64,000 nucleotides of DNA, from positions 18,985-82,984 of the forward strand of contig JAHFHF010000005.1 of the NCBI GenBank assembly GCA_023247055.1. The letters run 5' to 3'. The stretch comes from Candidatus Omnitrophota bacterium (lineage in GTDB: Bacteria > Omnitrophota > Omnitrophia > Omnitrophales > Aquincolibacteriaceae). The notes under the pieces were generated by a model. That model was not told where the DNA came from, did not search any database, and saw only the letters and a list, made by a program, of their open reading frames with translations. The position numbers and the translations under genes are program-made. Positions 61,501-64,000 of this stretch are shown one piece after another; the stretch's first letter is position 1, and each line of letters opens with the position of its first letter.

Positions 61501-64000
61501 CAATGCTCCCCGGCCGAATAAAACCGGTGAAACTAAACGGGACATCCGTGCGATCGCGCATCGACTGATGCAAGAAGGCATTGACACAAGCATGCCTTGG
61601 CTTCCTAAAGCCGGCGTGTTTGCGTTCATCTATGCCGATCTTTACAATCCGGCATCTGAAAGAAACGCCGCTCCGGTTGTCGCGATACAAATGCCGGAAA
61701 TCTTGAAATCTGTTGTGAAACCCCAGACACTGCAATCGGATACAGAAACCATTTCTGAAATTGGTTTTGATTGGGGCGGTTCGCTGGCGTTAGTGATGGT
61801 GCCTCCAGCGGCCCGCCATGAACGTTTTGAGCGTCCGCCGGTTAAAAAACGTTTTATTGCGAGGCTTCCAGCCGCTGTGCCCCAGCGGGGCGAATTTGCA
61901 TGGGGCTCTTTTGAACAGCCGGCGGGCGGGGAGCGTCCGCGTTCCGAAATGAGAAATGCCGTGCCCCGAGTGGAAGTCATCGAAGCAGGCCGGAGATTTA
62001 TTCTGACCCTGCCGGCTTCTTCCGGAGCTCAAATTCAGGATCTTTCTGGCAGGACGTTCGAAACATTGACCTTTGACCGGATTGACGGTGCTTATCAAAC
62101 CGCCGATGGCGGCATGACAGCCTCCCTGGATGCTCAAAAACAACGGCTGGTTTTTTTAGGAACGCGTTACGGTTTTGCGGATATCCGGGGAAAAAAAGCG
62201 GTCGTCTATAAACAATTTAATCTGCCGCTGGAGAGCACGGTTTTCGAGCACTTACAAGACCCTTTGCGTGTGCCGCAAGTACTGCCGTTGCCGCCGTCCA
62301 TTTCACCGCCGACTTCCGGATATTCTGCCCCGCTGTCGTATGCGCCGCCGCTGCAGATGCAGAGTCCTATTCCGCGGGGTCTCTTAAAAATCTCGATCAT
62401 GGGAGTGCTGATCGCCGGAGCCGTGTTGGCTTTCTCCGAAGGCTGGATTCCGACTGCCGCCGCTTCTGCAATAGCGACGTTTCAACTCCCATGGACATCT
62501 TCAAGCAGCGCTATGCATCTGGCCTATGGGGGTGGTTTAACCGCCGCCGGGCTCTTGATAGTCTGGGAAACGCGCGACCGTTCGACGCGCAGTTCGCGGA
62601 TGGCATGGACAGCCCGTTTGCGCGGCTGGCTCTTTCGCAGTCTTTTTGTCGGATTTTTTCCCGTGTTTGGATATGCGATCCTGGCTTTCGAACTTGCGCC
62701 GCTGCCGGTGCTCGCGGCCGGACTCTGGCTTTTTTATGGAACTCTTTTTGCCGGCGCGTTTGTTTTTATTTGGGCTCTTACAGTCATGAGCCTGCCCTTT
62801 CGCCGCTGGCTGCCACCTGCCGTTGCGTCTTGGTTTTCATTCAAAAAAGATGTGGCCGCCTTGCTCGGAGTGGCTTTCTTGGCTGCAGCAGGGTATCTAG
62901 GAGCGCAGTCGAATTTGGCACCGTCGATTTTACCCTATCTGCAGGGTTGGATTCCTCTACAGAAAACTTCTACCCTTCCCGAAGAAAACCATCCTCGTCT
63001 GACAGCGCCTTTGGCTGCAGTCCATTGGCCGGCCCCGCAGCAACAACTGCCGCCGGTCTCTCAAGTGCCGCGCCGGTTGTCGCGCGATCTAGTCTCGCTT
63101 GGCTGGGATCCGGCTGCCATGCCGCCGGGTGAACCGGCCAAGGTGACCCGGCCTTCCGGGCCCCGCTCTTTTGAATTTTTAGGGGTGACGCCGCTTCTTT
63201 ACGAAGGCGGGGACGATAAAATTACCACGGTTTTTCTCCTGGCCCAAAAAGAAGGTTATCTTGAAATGGATCCTCGTTCCGGCATCCGCGCCGCCGATTG
63301 GCAGAATCCCGGCAAGGCTTTTGTGATCAAAGGGCCGCAGCCGCTGCTTCGTTACCGGCGGCCTGTGACGGAAACGGAAGCCTCGGCGCTGCGAGAGTTG
63401 ATTGAGCGTTTAAAAGAGGTGGATGCGCGCTATGAGCATGCGGATGCAGCTCTGGACCGCCGTATTGTTCCGCTGAAAACACGGTTGGCAAATAAAGAAG
63501 CCGTGATTACGGAAATCATCAATCATTTTGAAGTCGAGCAGCAGAACCAGGTTTTCGGCACGCTCCTGGCGCCTTTCAGAGCCGGAGAGGAAGGCTGGAT
63601 TCTTCCAGGCAAACGCGCGCTCGGAAGCGCCGTATCCGGGACAGCGCTGGCGCGCTTTCAGAGCCAAAATCGTTTGACGGTCCGCGTTGCCGTGCCCCTA
63701 AGCGTTTGGAAAGATTATGATTTGACGGCGATGCGTGTTGGCGTGACGCTGGAAGGCCAGGAACAAAGCGCGCGTATCGTACACCTTACGGCGGAGCCGC
63801 GTCTCGACGCTCAGATGATTTTAACGCTTGAACTTTTTTCCAAGGGAAAAATTTTTACCTGGAATACCGAAGAAAACGGTCCGGCGCACGTGCGTGTGCG
63901 GTTGGAAATGGAACCGCGGAGGGGCCCTGTTTCTTACAGTCAGAAATTTGACGCTGATGCGTTTGTGAGTTCTTATGCCGAGATTGGCACGCGCGTCCGT
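55538..64000 (+). CDS. Giant modular protein 2 (>2,821 aa, runs off the 3' end; not in the supplied ORF track)
   Basis: GAGGGAG RBS + ATG 55538. Frame 2 spot-translated open at many points through 64000, and no terminated frame-2 ORF is listed there. Signal peptide KKIVAVFLAVLLILQEAVFA; RSEVR at 57506 and RSEMR at 61940. Confidence 0.88.
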   Translation, partial: MNLEQVHTTLEKKTKTAATKGYKKIVAVFLAVLLILQEAVFATPSGNFISGTLTTTPSAISDLVLPRARVLEGIFARLHLPAEFGKIDNFYWGDSRRTVIHIRDLHINTEAQHKIARIIQRVSERYGVRLVLLEGTSGELAHGLLSRYPDRKARVLTGRAFLNEGKMTGPEYLAVTRNPGLILYGVENQELYEQNRAALLKAVDLGHGLKGHLEDLRENVKTLAVRIFQKNIRDWIKNRELFQNNQQSIADYARFLKQVCEQENLPTDTPQLRRLLKLEKIESRLRREGRFKNEIELARYLETVLKQEGGLDAGIFDEIKQIEKTLEAHWFMPPSGLPWDLTSPVSQAVSQLYKLFRILEVYKKMFALSLTREDVEFLYQNREDFDPYALSDALSRLGHRYSLEISTRAFPFMEFEAALEAYEDFYKLALARDETLMTESLKSMKHYHETIAVLVTGGFHTPAIEERLKKEGYNFCTITPALQSGIDFAKDKKLYFRAMQMPQSPVARYAGAGDPTMQLQVPSLFPVKSAFGALGTKLDLPRWMVTYDRAGDLATMMIALAATGLRRAVPGLQPRLQSAFNELSPEEQVLAGIYRRIHGVQTLARSLDARTGSAVVPFTADMGFGLEFNWRPAPFGSAASENPRRQSFSFVTPDGVRSEVRILTEPLLADIAGRNFLRAAQKQKFTSAAAPLPSREPAVSMQAKVRQASRVRTTRSILVNSNIPVPVKTRTPAVKSPGQFTFSTLTVPSLNPLPELAALALTAALSGGFGMLPWMAVLIRLSWFSSIFAHGFGHVLFKWIVDQNHPFDLRESLEGISAREFWTGLIPFTAIYTPGLSAKIPAPVSAGERDAKKISFKALGGPALNLFGAAAAAFLLFSTALSGPAAAGLYTALIFNTLFAALSWSDYMSWAAGSAPWGFACGYLDYVGPRLSTDDKSLVPEDYIESIYNSTRILSGRGNQAYGFQSMALDRNGHVVFLGLKDVNPKRAVLHSRLRGDLKREVLAARRDGFRPLEDLIEYSSHLRFGTSTPPSKKETHPHPSPELLTTYYDWTRGTKEINARNANFQISVRHNGDNDGTKEEEQILEAYPIYAFGKEMSYKEIRRELSRILYEDTTQGDSPVIASMLALYATQGRWGASARLAYLMMAGSLGESFKGLSHPKAIDKITQRWGDIFDAEFQRFKTKIFTQQKGRWVPDRTVIAGEFLPALHQSAAARLRGDKYLGALPVDVLSAFIESAVFAFLHQDTYRAIQMLMATSLPSSTFGLSVSSTLEPKTKFWVAKGQPGALGHNPDTGAFIAASDPGAVFEGLNERSRFLTFNDDQGEIIRLDMSQARAPVLNIFSMAAHRELSPQEIQARWVAIAGNPYIQLPPSQDGRSNLKRDLEELNDILINVNDSFDARYRASRKAPSNRITADRFNTALIEIARQKKNRDDHEADILFIAEGPSYDLLQRKIQDLKSLAPGIRVHVVQGNQYMENKDAYYSGIGSAFKIGKETIVFSVSQSGMTFSNVEAVRDAEIMRKNSLLKDVFVMTGEWFSVLGRSLGQDYFPDSDFSGRIFSNMSGRRYSEAATMADATDFFLTKLLIDAFKNLAAQSPADVSAAPLFGVKLSVSELNRLEANIAPFLHSGIAKITGRGAHGREVRSPENEGLLLQGQDIANHISEQFFATSMVRFYTFVSTQLSLPVFKVLALLFTMTALWATGVESFSVLLQNISTLEMAMFFGVWFIAHEADAFFYTWQDKFFIYLIRFMQGREIMARTGSRFLAIGGPYWSLLRDYFRAALLEAPAGLQLAGVDGRETAGDFVHRFKDSPRGTLVLIQTADPENATTAQDSAAGAWKMAMSQLDGVRNFNVGPYILANTTNPKLAGRYKARTVAVSAPAVQAPDDIDRMLNVRWFEELKLLVSGQVIAAEMAEKLSKIEVPFYVRRSESAYAYLLQAFLGFFSRIYSALVLRANDFMMQNLFRAAPYDRMFTPGKGQSGLTVFTTQINAPRPNKTGETKRDIRAIAHRLMQEGIDTSMPWLPKAGVFAFIYADLYNPASERNAAPVVAIQMPEILKSVVKPQTLQSDTETISEIGFDWGGSLALVMVPPAARHERFERPPVKKRFIARLPAAVPQRGEFAWGSFEQPAGGERPRSEMRNAVPRVEVIEAGRRFILTLPASSGAQIQDLSGRTFETLTFDRIDGAYQTADGGMTASLDAQKQRLVFLGTRYGFADIRGKKAVVYKQFNLPLESTVFEHLQDPLRVPQVLPLPPSISPPTSGYSAPLSYAPPLQMQSPIPRGLLKISIMGVLIAGAVLAFSEGWIPTAAASAIATFQLPWTSSSSAMHLAYGGGLTAAGLLIVWETRDRSTRSSRMAWTARLRGWLFRSLFVGFFPVFGYAILAFELAPLPVLAAGLWLFYGTLFAGAFVFIWALTVMSLPFRRWLPPAVASWFSFKKDVAALLGVAFLAAAGYLGAQSNLAPSILPYLQGWIPLQKTSTLPEENHPRLTAPLAAVHWPAPQQQLPPVSQVPRRLSRDLVSLGWDPAAMPPGEPAKVTRPSGPRSFEFLGVTPLLYEGGDDKITTVFLLAQKEGYLEMDPRSGIRAADWQNPGKAFVIKGPQPLLRYRRPVTETEASALRELIERLKEVDARYEHADAALDRRIVPLKTRLANKEAVITEIINHFEVEQQNQVFGTLLAPFRAGEEGWILPGKRALGSAVSGTALARFQSQNRLTVRVAVPLSVWKDYDLTAMRVGVTLEGQEQSARIVHLTAEPRLDAQMILTLELFSKGKIFTWNTEENGPAHVRVRLEMEPRRGPVSYSQKFDADAFVSSYAEIGTRVR

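Noticed and set aside
55600-63667. Short ORFs listed in the track for 55.6-63.7 kb as real genes
   Set aside because: They overlap the continuous, motif-rich frame-2 giant ORF2.

Overview
Bacterial window, probably Omnitrophota (OP3)-like; this is inferred only from the giant-gene style and gene content. Two giant + strand genes bracket a housekeeping block. Giant ORF1 (<1-23757, >7,900 aa, 5' end outside the window) is cut into 14-15 unrelated modules by a recurring in-frame motif R-S-E-[VMI]-R. The motif is also conserved as DNA (consensus CCGCTCCGAARTGCGG, a CCGC-N8-GCGG mini-palindrome), and the wobble base before it is C in 14/14 copies although six different amino acids are encoded there. 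The modules carry JAB/MPN, HExxH, kinase-like, GNAT-like, transmembrane and internal Tat-like motifs. One 372-bp module is a complete small gene on the opposite strand with its own sigma70 promoter, which suggests that DNA cassettes are captured in frame between the repeats. Giant ORF2 (55538->64000, >2,800 aa, absent from the supplied ORF track because it has no stop) has a sigma54-type promoter, a signal peptide, a TraB/Tiki-like putative metallohydrolase head, two more RSE[VM]R motifs and a GlmS-like module. Between the two giants lie decayed toxin-antitoxin genes, PPi-type PEPCK, MscS, livKHMGF, a metal-handling cluster, an aminotransferase, an SPL-like radical SAM enzyme, a GT2, cyclodeaminase-folD, panB, a REC-GGDEF-MshEN protein, ccsA-hemA-hemC-cobA/hemD-hemB, a nitroreductase and pfk. 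There are also many REP-like palindromes and two structured tandem arrays. All calls come from reading motifs by eye; no database searches were run.
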